Shown in pieces: positions 10,640 through 19,386 of a stretch of DNA of 64,000 nucleotides. Below the pieces are notes generated by a model, which was given only the letters and a program-made list of their open reading frames with translations, did no database searches and was not told the origin of the DNA. A program made the position numbers and the translations under genes. The DNA comes from an uncultured Alphaproteobacteria bacterium. GTDB lineage: Bacteria > Pseudomonadota > Alphaproteobacteria > Methylaequorales > Methylaequoraceae. The stretch's first letter is position 1, and each line of letters opens with the position of its first letter. The stretch spans positions 5,790 to 69,789 of the forward strand of contig CACAYF010000005.1 of assembly GCA_902536655.1 (NCBI GenBank). The letters are read 5' to 3'.

Positions 10640-11458
10640 TTACAAGAATTTAAATTCATTTAATTTGATCTTATTGTCAACTTCTAATAGCTGATAATCC
10701 TTTATGACTTGTTCTGATATTTTTTTAAAACAATACGTGCAAGCCTCTTTTCTATTCAAAAAATCTGAAAACTTTTCTGACTTGTGAAAGCGTATGTCAA
10801 CTTCACTGGTTCCAAGTCCCAGAAACTTCCAAACGTGTGGTGCTAGATTCATAGCACCAAACCAAGCTAAAAATGGTCTATGAATCTTAACCAAGGGAAG
10901 ACCATCAAGCTTGTTGTAAGAAATTGAAATTGGTTGTAACTTATAATTTCTTAATTCCTCATGATCAACGACTTCAAAAAGAGAGCTTTTAAAACCCAAT
11001 ACTTTTGAACCGTCACTTGAAGTTCCTTCAGGAAATAAAATTACATTCAAACCATTCTCCATATTTTCTTTTATTAAAATAGCTTGTTTTTTCACAGATC
11101 TTCGGTTCTCTCTCTCAATAAATATTGTTTTACCTAGCATACAAAGTTTATTGATTATTGGCCAATCTCTTATTTCTGACTTAGCTACGAAGACAGCATT
11201 AACTAAGGAGCCTAAAATAATAATATCCAGGTAAGAAATGTGATTAGAAATAAACATTACTCTTTTTGCCTCTTGTTCTCCTGACACCTTTAATTTAATT
11301 CCAAATATTTTTCTTATACCAAAAAAAAGAAATTTATAAAAAACAAAGAAAAAACGTTGACAAAAACAAACGACAAGGAATTGGCAAAACGATATTATTG
11401 TTATCCATGGAACCAAAATAATTAGCCTTATAAATGATAATATTGGTGAATACAGCAT
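10640..11458 (-). CDS. olsA: PlsC-family acyltransferase, probably lyso-ornithine lipid O-acyltransferase OlsA
   Basis: NHISYLD and FPEGT motifs; abuts the OlsB-like gene in the alphaproteobacterial fur-olsB-olsA-miaB order. Confidence 0.78.
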   Translation of the reverse strand: MLYSPILSFIRLIILVPWITIISFCQFLVVCFCQRFFFVFYKFLFFGIRKIFGIKLKVSGEQEAKRVMFISNHISYLDIIILGSLVNAVFVAKSEIRDWPIINKLCMLGKTIFIERENRRSVKKQAILIKENMENGLNVILFPEGTSSDGSKVLGFKSSLFEVVDHEELRNYKLQPISISYNKLDGLPLVKIHRPFLAWFGAMNLAPHVWKFLGLGTSEVDIRFHKSEKFSDFLNRKEACTYCFKKISEQVIKDYQLLEVDNKIKLNEFKFL

Positions 11459-12408
11459 TAGTGAATTTTCTCAAAAGAAAGTTGGGCATATTTTTTCAAT
11501 ATTTTTTTTGAATTTAATACGATCAGAACGTCAGTAGTGTCAAATTTCAAATCAACTATAGCTCCGGGGCCTATCCATGCTCCTACCCTTATATAAGCTT
11601 TAATAAGTGGTGGTAAGTTTCTGAATTCTTGCACGACATCAATTGTATCTTTATGCATAACATTAAAGTTTGCTTTGAGTTTTCTAACTGGCCTTGTTCT
11701 AAGGGATTTTGGTGTTCTGTGGTAATGATACAAATAAGAAAGTTGTTTTATAAATAATTTATAGTTAGAAGATGGAAAACTTGCACATCCAAAAATTAGA
11801 TCTACGCGATTATTAACTATATATGTTGCTAGCCCCCTCCACAATAACCTGATAATTCTTCCATCTCTATACTGCTCATGAACACAGGATCTTCCGGCTT
11901 CCAACAGAGTATTTTTATTACTAGCTAATAAATTTGATATATCAAACTCTGACTCACTATAAAATCTTTGTCTATCAAGAAGTTTTGGTTTTAGTAAAAG
12001 TCTGTACGTGCCAACAACAAAATCGTCTGCTACAGATTTGTCAATAACAACCAAATGATCACAAAATTTATCATATTCATCAGAATCTGATTGTTTTGTT
12101 TTAGAGTTTTTAAAAAAACTTTTTTGTCTTAACTCCTTAACTTTATTAATTAATGAGTGAGAATCATTAATAATTTTTAAGTTAAATCGACCTAAATGAA
12201 TGTCTAGAGATCTTGAATTTGAAAATATAGCTCTCGAAATATAGGTGCATGAATTTGTTTCTATTTTTTTGTTTGACGATTTCTTGACGTAGATAAAGTT
12301 ATTTACTACTAACCTGATCTTATAAAAAAAATCTCTTAATTTTTCAACTTTTGAAAAACTACCCTGGTTTGATTTATTTTTTTGATCTACTTTTAATAGG
12401 AACAGCAT
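11458..12408 (-). CDS. olsB: Ornithine N-acyltransferase OlsB-like GNAT protein (start uncertain)
   Basis: DEYDKFCDHLVV, VVGTYRLL, FYSESEFD, LEAGRSCVH, LLWRGL, FGCASF, LPPLIKAYIR are OlsB-family motifs. Confidence 0.85.
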   Translation of the reverse strand: MLFLLKVDQKNKSNQGSFSKVEKLRDFFYKIRLVVNNFIYVKKSSNKKIETNSCTYISRAIFSNSRSLDIHLGRFNLKIINDSHSLINKVKELRQKSFFKNSKTKQSDSDEYDKFCDHLVVIDKSVADDFVVGTYRLLLKPKLLDRQRFYSESEFDISNLLASNKNTLLEAGRSCVHEQYRDGRIIRLLWRGLATYIVNNRVDLIFGCASFPSSNYKLFIKQLSYLYHYHRTPKSLRTRPVRKLKANFNVMHKDTIDVVQEFRNLPPLIKAYIRVGAWIGPGAIVDLKFDTTDVLIVLNSKKILKKYAQLSFEKIH

Positions 12409-12799
12409 ATAACTCTAATCTATAATCTATTAACTTATAACCCATTTCTTTTGCTACTTGTTTCTGCATAGCGTCTACTAACGTATTTCTAAATTCCTTT
12501 ACTTTTCCAGTTTTAACATCAATCAAATGATGATGATTCTCTCTAACAGTTTCATACCTTGAGCTATATCCCCTAAACTCATGCTTTTCAAGCAAATTGT
12601 TATCTTCAAATAGCTTAATAGTCCTATATACCGTAGCAATACCAATTCTTTTATCAATTTTAGACGCTCGTTTGTGAACAGACTCAACATCTGGATGGTC
12701 TGAAGAATGAGATAAAACTTTAACAATTATTTTCCTTTGTTCAGTTAACTTAAGACCAAGCTTCTTACATTTTTCTAATAATGTTTCCAATTTTTCCAC
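12374..12799 (-). CDS. fur: Fur/Mur family metalloregulator
   Basis: LTEQRKII, DHPDVESVH, IATVYRT, RYE...HHHLID; lacks CXXC, as in alphaproteobacterial Fur/Mur. Confidence 0.95.
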   Translation of the reverse strand: MEKLETLLEKCKKLGLKLTEQRKIIVKVLSHSSDHPDVESVHKRASKIDKRIGIATVYRTIKLFEDNNLLEKHEFRGYSSRYETVRENHHHLIDVKTGKVKEFRNTLVDAMQKQVAKEMGYKLIDYRLELYAVPIKSRSKK

Positions 12800-12837
12800 T
12801 CATTATTGAAATTTTATTAAGTTTTTATTAATTTACA

Positions 12838-12874
12838 TTAAGTTATTATAATTAATCATATTATAATAACTTAA
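12838..12874. promoter_or_regulatory. Perfect 15-bp inverted repeat with a 7-bp spacer in the divergent fur/tusA intergenic region; candidate operator
   Basis: TTAAGTTATTATAAT-TAATCAT-ATTATAATAACTTAA; the core 12846-12866 has the 7-7-7 geometry of the extended Fur box. Confidence 0.6.
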
Positions 12875-12891
12875 CACAATTTAGAGGGTAA

Positions 12892-13104
12892 ATGAAAAAA
12901 AAAGTTTTGGATGTTACTGACTATAAATGCCCAATGACATTTTTAAAAACGAAAGAATTTATAAAACTCAATATTAATCATAAAAAAATTATTCTTCTCA
13001 AAGGCAAGAAAGACCTAGAACTTTTAAAAAATAGTTTAGAGAAAAATTTTAAGCTTAAAGTTATTCAAAAGAATGACGATATTTTTGAAATGGAGCTATT
13101 ATAA
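12892..13104 (+). CDS. tusA: TusA-family sulfur carrier protein
   Basis: 70 aa, LDVTDYKCPMTFLKTK (CPxP-like motif), AGAGGG Shine-Dalgarno upstream. Confidence 0.8.
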   Translation: MKKKVLDVTDYKCPMTFLKTKEFIKLNINHKKIILLKGKKDLELLKNSLEKNFKLKVIQKNDDIFEMELL

Positions 13105-13106
13105 AA

Positions 13107-13568
13107 TTAAATAATTCTCAACATTGTAAAGGAGTCGTTGAAAGATTCTTTGTTTCTGTAATAATTTTTTCTCCTCCCACTGAAAATGAAATTATGTTTT
13201 TTATAAAATTTTATAGCGTTAAAATTTGTCTCGTTAACGTCTAAAACAATTTTTTTTAATTTATTTTCTTTACAATATTTTAAACAACAGTCTAAAAAAT
13301 TTTTTGCCACACCTTTATTTCTGAATTCAGGAACAACAAAAATAGAGTAAATTTCTATAAAATCATCTATTTTTTTAAAAAAACAAAACCCATTTATTGT
13401 TTTATTTAAAGAAAATATAAATCCCTGGAAAATACTATTTTTTATTGAATTTTCTAGCTCCTCTGTTCTCCAAATATTTGATCCAAAATCTCTTAAATTT
13501 TTTTTTTGTAACATAAAAATTTCTTTTGAATGGTCTTTATTCAAAGGTAATATATAAGATTTATTCAT
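13107..13568 (-). CDS. rimI: RimI-like GNAT N-acetyltransferase
   Basis: EIYSIFVVPEFRNKGVA, LDVNETNFNAIKFYKK, GRRKNYY; downstream of tsaB. Confidence 0.85.
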   Translation of the reverse strand: MNKSYILPLNKDHSKEIFMLQKKNLRDFGSNIWRTEELENSIKNSIFQGFIFSLNKTINGFCFFKKIDDFIEIYSIFVVPEFRNKGVAKNFLDCCLKYCKENKLKKIVLDVNETNFNAIKFYKKHNFIFSGRRKNYYRNKESFNDSFTMLRII

Positions 13569-14196
13569 AATATGTATGATGATAAATCAAACTTTTATCA
13601 TTTCGACCGTAACCAGAAAAAACAGCATTCGCAATCCTCTTAGCGCAAGGTTTAAAAACTTTCTTTTTATTATGAGTTATCGAATTTAATAATGAAAAAA
13701 ATTTACTTGAATTTGAAACTATAGTTAAAGCTTTGTTCTTTCTATTTTCTTCATTTATAAATTTTTCTAATTTTTCTAAATTTCCTGAAAAAAAATCAGA
13801 GTCTGGTATAAACATTTTATTCTCACGCATAAATAATTGGTAAAAAAAATTATTGTTGTAATTTTCATAGAAAACTAAAATTTTTTTTTCTTTGTTTTTA
13901 AAACAAGACAAATATATTTCAAATTCTGTTACGTTGACAATTTTAGCTTTATGTGAGAATGAAATTGCCTGAGCAATGGCCCTAAGCGCTCGAAGTGCAG
14001 TGAAACTTCCGGGTCCAACTGAAAAAAAGACATTATTTATATTTGTTCTTTTATTTAAGACTTTATTAATTAGTATAAAAATAGAATCGTTAGTTTTATC
14101 TTTAACTATTTTTTCAAAAAATTTTTTTAACAATTTTCCTTCATATAGTGCAACAGAGATTCTTTGACTTGAACTAAAAATTGATAATGATAACAT
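13561..14196 (-). CDS. tsaB: tRNA t6A biosynthesis protein TsaB (divergent)
   Basis: SVGPGSFTALR motif; tsaB-rimI pairing. Confidence 0.85.
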   Translation of the reverse strand: MLSLSIFSSSQRISVALYEGKLLKKFFEKIVKDKTNDSIFILINKVLNKRTNINNVFFSVGPGSFTALRALRAIAQAISFSHKAKIVNVTEFEIYLSCFKNKEKKILVFYENYNNNFFYQLFMRENKMFIPDSDFFSGNLEKLEKFINEENRKNKALTIVSNSSKFFSLLNSITHNKKKVFKPCAKRIANAVFSGYGRNDKSLIYHHTYYE

Positions 14197-14212
14197 ATTC
14201 TTAAATCTAAAA

Positions 14213-14749
14213 ATGAATCAAAATCTAGTCAAAGTAAACAAAAAAAAATTAGAAGTTTTAATTGATCTTAGGTACTCAACCACAAATAACTTTACAAAGG
14301 AAAAGGTGTTTTTATCTAAAGAATGTTTTATACATAAAGTTGCTTATGAACACTTAGATTTAGCAGTTCAGATAGCAAAAAAACAAAACCTTAAAATCAA
14401 AATATTTGATGCATATAGACCTGTTTACGTTCAAGAAAAATTATGGGCATGTTTACCTGATCCAAACTTTATTGCCCCTCCTTATAAAGGTTCTCCTCAT
14501 TCAAGAGGTGTTGCAATTGATTTAACACTTGTAAATTCTAATAATATTGAACTTGATATGGGTACTGGGTTTGACGAATTTTCAAGACTTTCATATCATG
14601 GTTGTTTAGATATTACTAAAGAGGCCTATAAAAATAGATTGATACTCTTGGGTATTATGACTGATGCTGGTTGGGATTTCTTTCGAAATGAATGGTGGCA
14701 TTATCAACTCTATAACTCCAAAAACTTCCCTATAGTTAATGACATTTAA
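14213..14749 (+). CDS. ddpX: D-Ala-D-Ala dipeptidase (VanX/DdpX, peptidase M15D)
   Basis: DLRYSTTNNF, FDAYRP, SPHSRGVAIDLT (SxHxxGxAxD), LDMGTGFD, EWWHY. Confidence 0.93.
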   Translation: MNQNLVKVNKKKLEVLIDLRYSTTNNFTKEKVFLSKECFIHKVAYEHLDLAVQIAKKQNLKIKIFDAYRPVYVQEKLWACLPDPNFIAPPYKGSPHSRGVAIDLTLVNSNNIELDMGTGFDEFSRLSYHGCLDITKEAYKNRLILLGIMTDAGWDFFRNEWWHYQLYNSKNFPIVNDI

Positions 14750-15755
14750 GTCACTTATTAAAAAGGCTTTTTTTATTTGCCTTTTTTTTGTAGCAATAAA
14801 GGCCAATGCAGAAGAATCAAATATCACAGTACTTATGTATCATAGAGTCGGTGATGATAGATATCCTAGCACTAGTATTTCTCAAGAGCTTTTTGAAAAA
14901 CATATTGAATATTTAGTTGAGGAAAATATTAATGTTCTTCCAATTACAGAGCTTTCAAAGTATCTAAAAAAAGAAATCAGTCTTACTAATAAAACAGTAT
15001 TCATCACTATTGATGACGCTTACAGGTCATTTTTTCAAAATGGTTTTCCGATTCTGAAAAAAAATAAACTTCCTTTTGGTATTTTTGTTTCTTCAGAGTA
15101 CGTATCGAGTGCAGAGAAGTCGGAATTTATGAGTTGGTCAATGCTCAAAGAAGTTTCTAAAAGCAATGGCCTTATTCTTAACCATTCTAAAAGTCATGAA
15201 AGTCTTGTGGGAATGGATATACTAACTCTAAAAAAAGAAATAGAGCAAAATCAAATTGAAATTGAAAAAAAAATTGGGAAACAACCAAAAATTTTCTCGT
15301 ATCCATACGGAGAAAGTAGTAAAACTATAGAAGAAGTAATAAAAATGTTAAATTATGATATTGCTTTTTCTCAACATTCAGCGCCTATTCACTTAGATCA
15401 GAACAAATATAGACTCCCAAGATATGCTCTAAATGATGAATTTGGAAGTTTAAAAAGATTTAAAATGATTATTCAAACCAAGCCTTTGGAAATATTTGAA
15501 AGTTCTTTTGATGACTCAATTGTTAACACAGATGAATTAAATTTTAGTTTTCATACAAAATTTCCATCGGAATCAATTAACTGTTTTGTAAATAACTCGG
15601 CAGCTATGATAAAAAAAGATGATGGAGAGAAGGTTACCCTATATCTCTCAAAATTGAAAAATGGAGTTAGGTATAGGATAAATTGTACTTATGTTGACCA
15701 GAGAGGAGAAATACTTTGGTATGGAAAAATGATTAAAAGAGTAAATTTATTTTAA
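14739..15755 (+). CDS. Exported polysaccharide deacetylase (CE4/NodB domain)
   Basis: Signal peptide ending ANA; LMYHR, TIDDA, NHSKSH, FSYPYG motifs. Confidence 0.9.
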   Translation: MTFKSLIKKAFFICLFFVAIKANAEESNITVLMYHRVGDDRYPSTSISQELFEKHIEYLVEENINVLPITELSKYLKKEISLTNKTVFITIDDAYRSFFQNGFPILKKNKLPFGIFVSSEYVSSAEKSEFMSWSMLKEVSKSNGLILNHSKSHESLVGMDILTLKKEIEQNQIEIEKKIGKQPKIFSYPYGESSKTIEEVIKMLNYDIAFSQHSAPIHLDQNKYRLPRYALNDEFGSLKRFKMIIQTKPLEIFESSFDDSIVNTDELNFSFHTKFPSESINCFVNNSAAMIKKDDGEKVTLYLSKLKNGVRYRINCTYVDQRGEILWYGKMIKRVNLF

Positions 15756-15757
15756 AG

Positions 15758-16699
15758 TCAATTAGTTTTATCAAACTTCATAAAATTATTTGTTTCAATA
15801 AGCAGTTTAAGGTCATTGACGTAAGCTTGGTCTCTCTCTGAATAATTTTTTAAAAAATTTGCCAGTACATTTCCAGATAAGCTCTCTCCATTCATCCTTA
15901 ATTTTCGTCTTTCTTGTCTAAAGTCCTCGTATGCTAAATGGGTATTGATATTTTTTAAGTACGATCTTACCGAATCTGAGAGTGTGGGAAATTTTTTAAC
16001 AAAAAATTTCTTTCCATCTGCTCTTTTTTTTGGTTTAATTCCGCTTTTACTATCATATGTATATTGCCCAAAAATTGCATTTCCCTCATTCATATAACGA
16101 GAACTCCCCCATCCACTTTCAATAGCGGCTTGGGAAAGAGCCAAAGATAAAGGAACCATATCAACCCTGACCAATAATTTACCTAGGCTAGACTCCGTGT
16201 AATTATACTTTTCACTAAGTTCAAAAAGCCAATTAGGCCAAAATTCTCGTGACACCACTTCACCTCCTGATTGATTCCACCAATCCAGAATTCTTTTTCT
16301 ATCTTCGAGTATTTTTCTATTTTCTACAAAAATTATAGGTAATAATGTATAAATAAATAATTTCTTTCTTTTATTGACTGACTTTATTTTTGAAAAATCG
16401 TTTGGCCAGCTAGAAAATATTATTAAATTTGATGATTGGTCATTAAGAAAGGACTCGACAGAAAAATCATATTTTTCAAATATGTCGATCATTTCATTTG
16501 CCTCGCCTATAAAATCAACTTTTGATTCTTTGTTAATGTAATCTAACATCGATTTGTCTTGGACTATAAAGCTAATAGAGGAGTTCCCGATATTATTCTT
16601 ATTAGAAAACCCTTTATAAAATCCAATCGCTAAATTTATAAATATTAGTGAAACCAAAAGAACAATTATGTTTCTGTTAATTGCCTTACTTTTTTCCAT
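15758..16699 (-). CDS. Membrane-anchored Bax-like glucosaminidase (GH73)
   Basis: N-terminal TM helix; RKKLFI..LLPII, LSQAAIESGWGSSRY, GNAIFGQ, NINTHLAY, YSER. Confidence 0.88.
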   Translation of the reverse strand: MEKSKAINRNIIVLLVSLIFINLAIGFYKGFSNKNNIGNSSISFIVQDKSMLDYINKESKVDFIGEANEMIDIFEKYDFSVESFLNDQSSNLIIFSSWPNDFSKIKSVNKRKKLFIYTLLPIIFVENRKILEDRKRILDWWNQSGGEVVSREFWPNWLFELSEKYNYTESSLGKLLVRVDMVPLSLALSQAAIESGWGSSRYMNEGNAIFGQYTYDSKSGIKPKKRADGKKFFVKKFPTLSDSVRSYLKNINTHLAYEDFRQERRKLRMNGESLSGNVLANFLKNYSERDQAYVNDLKLLIETNNFMKFDKTN

Positions 16700-17268
16700 T
16701 ATTGATTTATAGCTTCAACTGAATCAATTTCCGGAATATAATATTTTAACATGTTTTCTATTCCAGATTTTAATGTTATTGTTGAGCTAGGACATCCAGA
16801 GCAGGCACCCCTAAGTTCAAGAAAAACGATCCCTTTTTGAAGTTTAACAAAATTTATATCACCTCCGTCTTGAGCAACAGCAGGTTTAATTCTTTCTTCA
16901 AGTAATTCGTTTATTTTATTGACAATTTCTTGATCTTTTTTTGTATATTTTATTTTATTTCCTTCTGGTTTAGTTTCCGATTCATAATTTTCAATTTCCC
17001 CACCAGAAGAAAAATAGTCTAAAATAGATGACAATAAAGTAGGTTTTAAAATTTCCCATTCTACTGATTCAGATTTGGTCACAGTCAAAAAATCTTTTCC
17101 AATAAAAACACCTTTAACGTTTGCATCAGTAAATAATTTGCTTGCAAGAGAGTTGTTTGTGGCCTCTTCTGGAGATTTAAACTCCAGAGTTCCTTTCTCT
17201 AGTAATATCTTTCCAGGAAGAAATTTTAAAGTAGCTGGATTTGGAGTTTCTTCAGTCTGTATAAACAT
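16699..17268 (-). CDS. nfuA: NifU/NfuA-family Fe-S carrier
   Basis: MFIQTEETPNPATLKFLPG; RIKPAVAQDGGDI; GACSGCPSS. Confidence 0.93.
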   Translation of the reverse strand: MFIQTEETPNPATLKFLPGKILLEKGTLEFKSPEEATNNSLASKLFTDANVKGVFIGKDFLTVTKSESVEWEILKPTLLSSILDYFSSGGEIENYESETKPEGNKIKYTKKDQEIVNKINELLEERIKPAVAQDGGDINFVKLQKGIVFLELRGACSGCPSSTITLKSGIENMLKYYIPEIDSVEAINQ

Positions 17269-17286
17269 ATCATTAAAATAATGAAA

Positions 17287-17757
17287 TCATGATAACTTGT
17301 CAATTTCTTCTTCTGTTAAAAGTGGAGGAATAATTGTTATAGGAACTTTTATTTTATCACTTTGTTTAAGAGTAAAAGCACTTATCAAAGGGTCTCCACT
17401 TGATCTATTGGTTGAAGCTGCCAAAACAAAATTTGAAATAAACTTATTTGCACTGAGAAACTCTATTATACATTCTAATCTGTCACCCTTCATTATGAAT
17501 TTCTTTGGTTTTTTATTAGAAAAAGTTAGAACATAATTTTCATATTCTTTAATTTTGGATTCAGCTTCTTCTCTTGACTCTCTTTCAGCGATGTCTTCAA
17601 CCGCCTTCCAATGACTAAACTCAAGTGTTTCAAAAGTGTATAAAAGTGCTACTCTGCCATTTGCTCTAGCTGATCTTTGAGCTGCATACCTAAGCGCATT
17701 GAATATTTCCTTTGAATCATCAAGGACGACAAGAAATGTTAGTTCTTTTTCTGTCAT
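17287..17757 (-). CDS. Universal stress protein
   Basis: FLVVLDDS..ALRYAAQRS, LAAS, KVPITIIP; usual neighbour of nifU in Alphaproteobacteria. Confidence 0.85.
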   Translation of the reverse strand: MTEKELTFLVVLDDSKEIFNALRYAAQRSARANGRVALLYTFETLEFSHWKAVEDIAERESREEAESKIKEYENYVLTFSNKKPKKFIMKGDRLECIIEFLSANKFISNFVLAASTNRSSGDPLISAFTLKQSDKIKVPITIIPPLLTEEEIDKLS

Positions 17758-18479
17758 AAGTATTTTCTAAACAATAAACCTGCTGATAGACCTAAACTAA
17801 CTGCAATTATAGCAGAAAAGAGTCCGTACATAAATGAGAAATTGTGAGCAAATTTAAAAATAAATGAACTTAAACCGGGTTTGTAGACTTGTATTTTTAC
17901 TTTTTTACTCTCAAAATTATTTATACTATCAATTATGTTCAACGATACTGTGTAATCACCCTCTGGAGCATTCTTAGGGAGCTTAACTGGGATTTTAAAA
18001 AAGTTAGGTAATTTTTTATTTACTACCTCAAATGAATTATTTTTAATTAAAAACAAACCAAGTGACATTTTTTTTTTAATTAGATCTCTTTTTAAGTTAT
18101 CGTTGTCTTCTCCAATAAGTTTAACATTATCAAATAAATCTTTTTTTACTTCAAAATCGATTTCGTCATCATTTTTATTTGTATAGTAATGAAACAGACC
18201 TGGGTATACAAATTCTCCAGTTTTGTTCCATGACCACATTCCAAAAATCTTTTTCTTATTTTGCAAAATAACTTTCTGATTTGGGCCTCTAATTTTTAGA
18301 ACTAAAGAACTTTCAGAATCTGTAAATCCAAAAATTGTGAAGTCAGGCTTAACGTTATCTTTTGAAATTTCAATAAATCTATCTGATAAATCAAAGATTA
18401 ATGACTCAGAACTAGATTCCTTGAAAAACGAAATACCAATAAATAAAAATATGATTCTGATTAATACTCTTCTAAACAT
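17754..18479 (-). CDS. TIGR02186-like conserved membrane protein (partner of the TSUP transporter)
   Basis: Signal peptide, KKKIFGMW, LPKNAPEGDYTV, C-terminal TM; ATG 18479 overlaps the stop of the TSUP gene. Confidence 0.75.
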   Translation of the reverse strand: MFRRVLIRIIFLFIGISFFKESSSESLIFDLSDRFIEISKDNVKPDFTIFGFTDSESSLVLKIRGPNQKVILQNKKKIFGMWSWNKTGEFVYPGLFHYYTNKNDDEIDFEVKKDLFDNVKLIGEDNDNLKRDLIKKKMSLGLFLIKNNSFEVVNKKLPNFFKIPVKLPKNAPEGDYTVSLNIIDSINNFESKKVKIQVYKPGLSSFIFKFAHNFSFMYGLFSAIIAVSLGLSAGLLFRKYL

Positions 18480-19386
18480 TTTGTAATATGATCCTAGAAT
18501 TTGCAGTTGGTTCACTTATTAACTCTATACCCATTTTAATGCAAACAATTAATACTATTAAGGCAAGCAAGATTCTTATTTGTTCTCCTTTAAATCTAGA
18601 TGTAAATTTTGATCCATATTGAGCACCAACTACACCCCCAATAAGTAAAAAAATTGCTAATATTAAATCAACTGAATAGTTAAAAGTAGCATGAAGAATT
18701 GAAACATTAAGTGTTACAAAAACAATTTGAAATAATGAGGTGCCAATTGCCACAACAGTTCCCATTCCAAAAAGATATATCATTGCAGGAACCATTACAA
18801 ATCCACCTCCGACTCCCATGAATGCTGATAATAGTCCAACAAATATTCCAACAAAAATTGGGAGCAAGATTGAGATAAAAATTTTAGATTGTCTAAACTT
18901 CAACTTTAGTGGCAGATAGTCCAAGAAACTTCTTTTCTTCTTTTTATAAGAAGAGTCAACTTTTTTTTCACTAACAAGAGATATTGTGCTCTCAACTAAC
19001 ATTAAAGTTCCTATAATCGCTAAAAAAAGAATATACAAAAACTTTATTATTAAATCGATATTTCCAGACTCTTTCAAAAAATTGAATAATATAACACCAA
19101 CAGTTGATCCGAAAATCCCACCGATAAGTAAGAAAATTCCTATTTCATAATCTATGTTTTTTTTTATACCGTGGGCCATGGCACCTGATACAGACGAACC
19201 AAGTATTTGAACAGACTCTGTTCCCACAGCCGTAGCAGGTGGGATTCCCATAAAAATTAGTAATGGTGTCATTAAGAATCCACCACCAACTCCAAACAAA
19301 CCAGACATGAATCCTACTAAAAAACCAAAAAATAGAATTAACAATAAATTAATTTGAATTTCAGCAATCGGAAGATAAAAACTCAT
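18472..19386 (-). CDS. TauE/SafE (TSUP) family permease
   Basis: YLPIAE, GLFGVGGGFLMTPLL and repeated MGVGGGFVMVPAM, GTSLFQI. Confidence 0.93.
   Translation of the reverse strand: MSFYLPIAEIQINLLLILFFGFLVGFMSGLFGVGGGFLMTPLLIFMGIPPATAVGTESVQILGSSVSGAMAHGIKKNIDYEIGIFLLIGGIFGSTVGVILFNFLKESGNIDLIIKFLYILFLAIIGTLMLVESTISLVSEKKVDSSYKKKKRSFLDYLPLKLKFRQSKIFISILLPIFVGIFVGLLSAFMGVGGGFVMVPAMIYLFGMGTVVAIGTSLFQIVFVTLNVSILHATFNYSVDLILAIFLLIGGVVGAQYGSKFTSRFKGEQIRILLALIVLIVCIKMGIELISEPTANSRIILQNV

Noticed and set aside
12838..12874. Palindrome considered as a dif/Xer site or terminator
   Set aside because: Spacing does not fit the 11-6-11 dif layout, it is only ~48 kb from the probable origin, and it lies between divergent gene starts.
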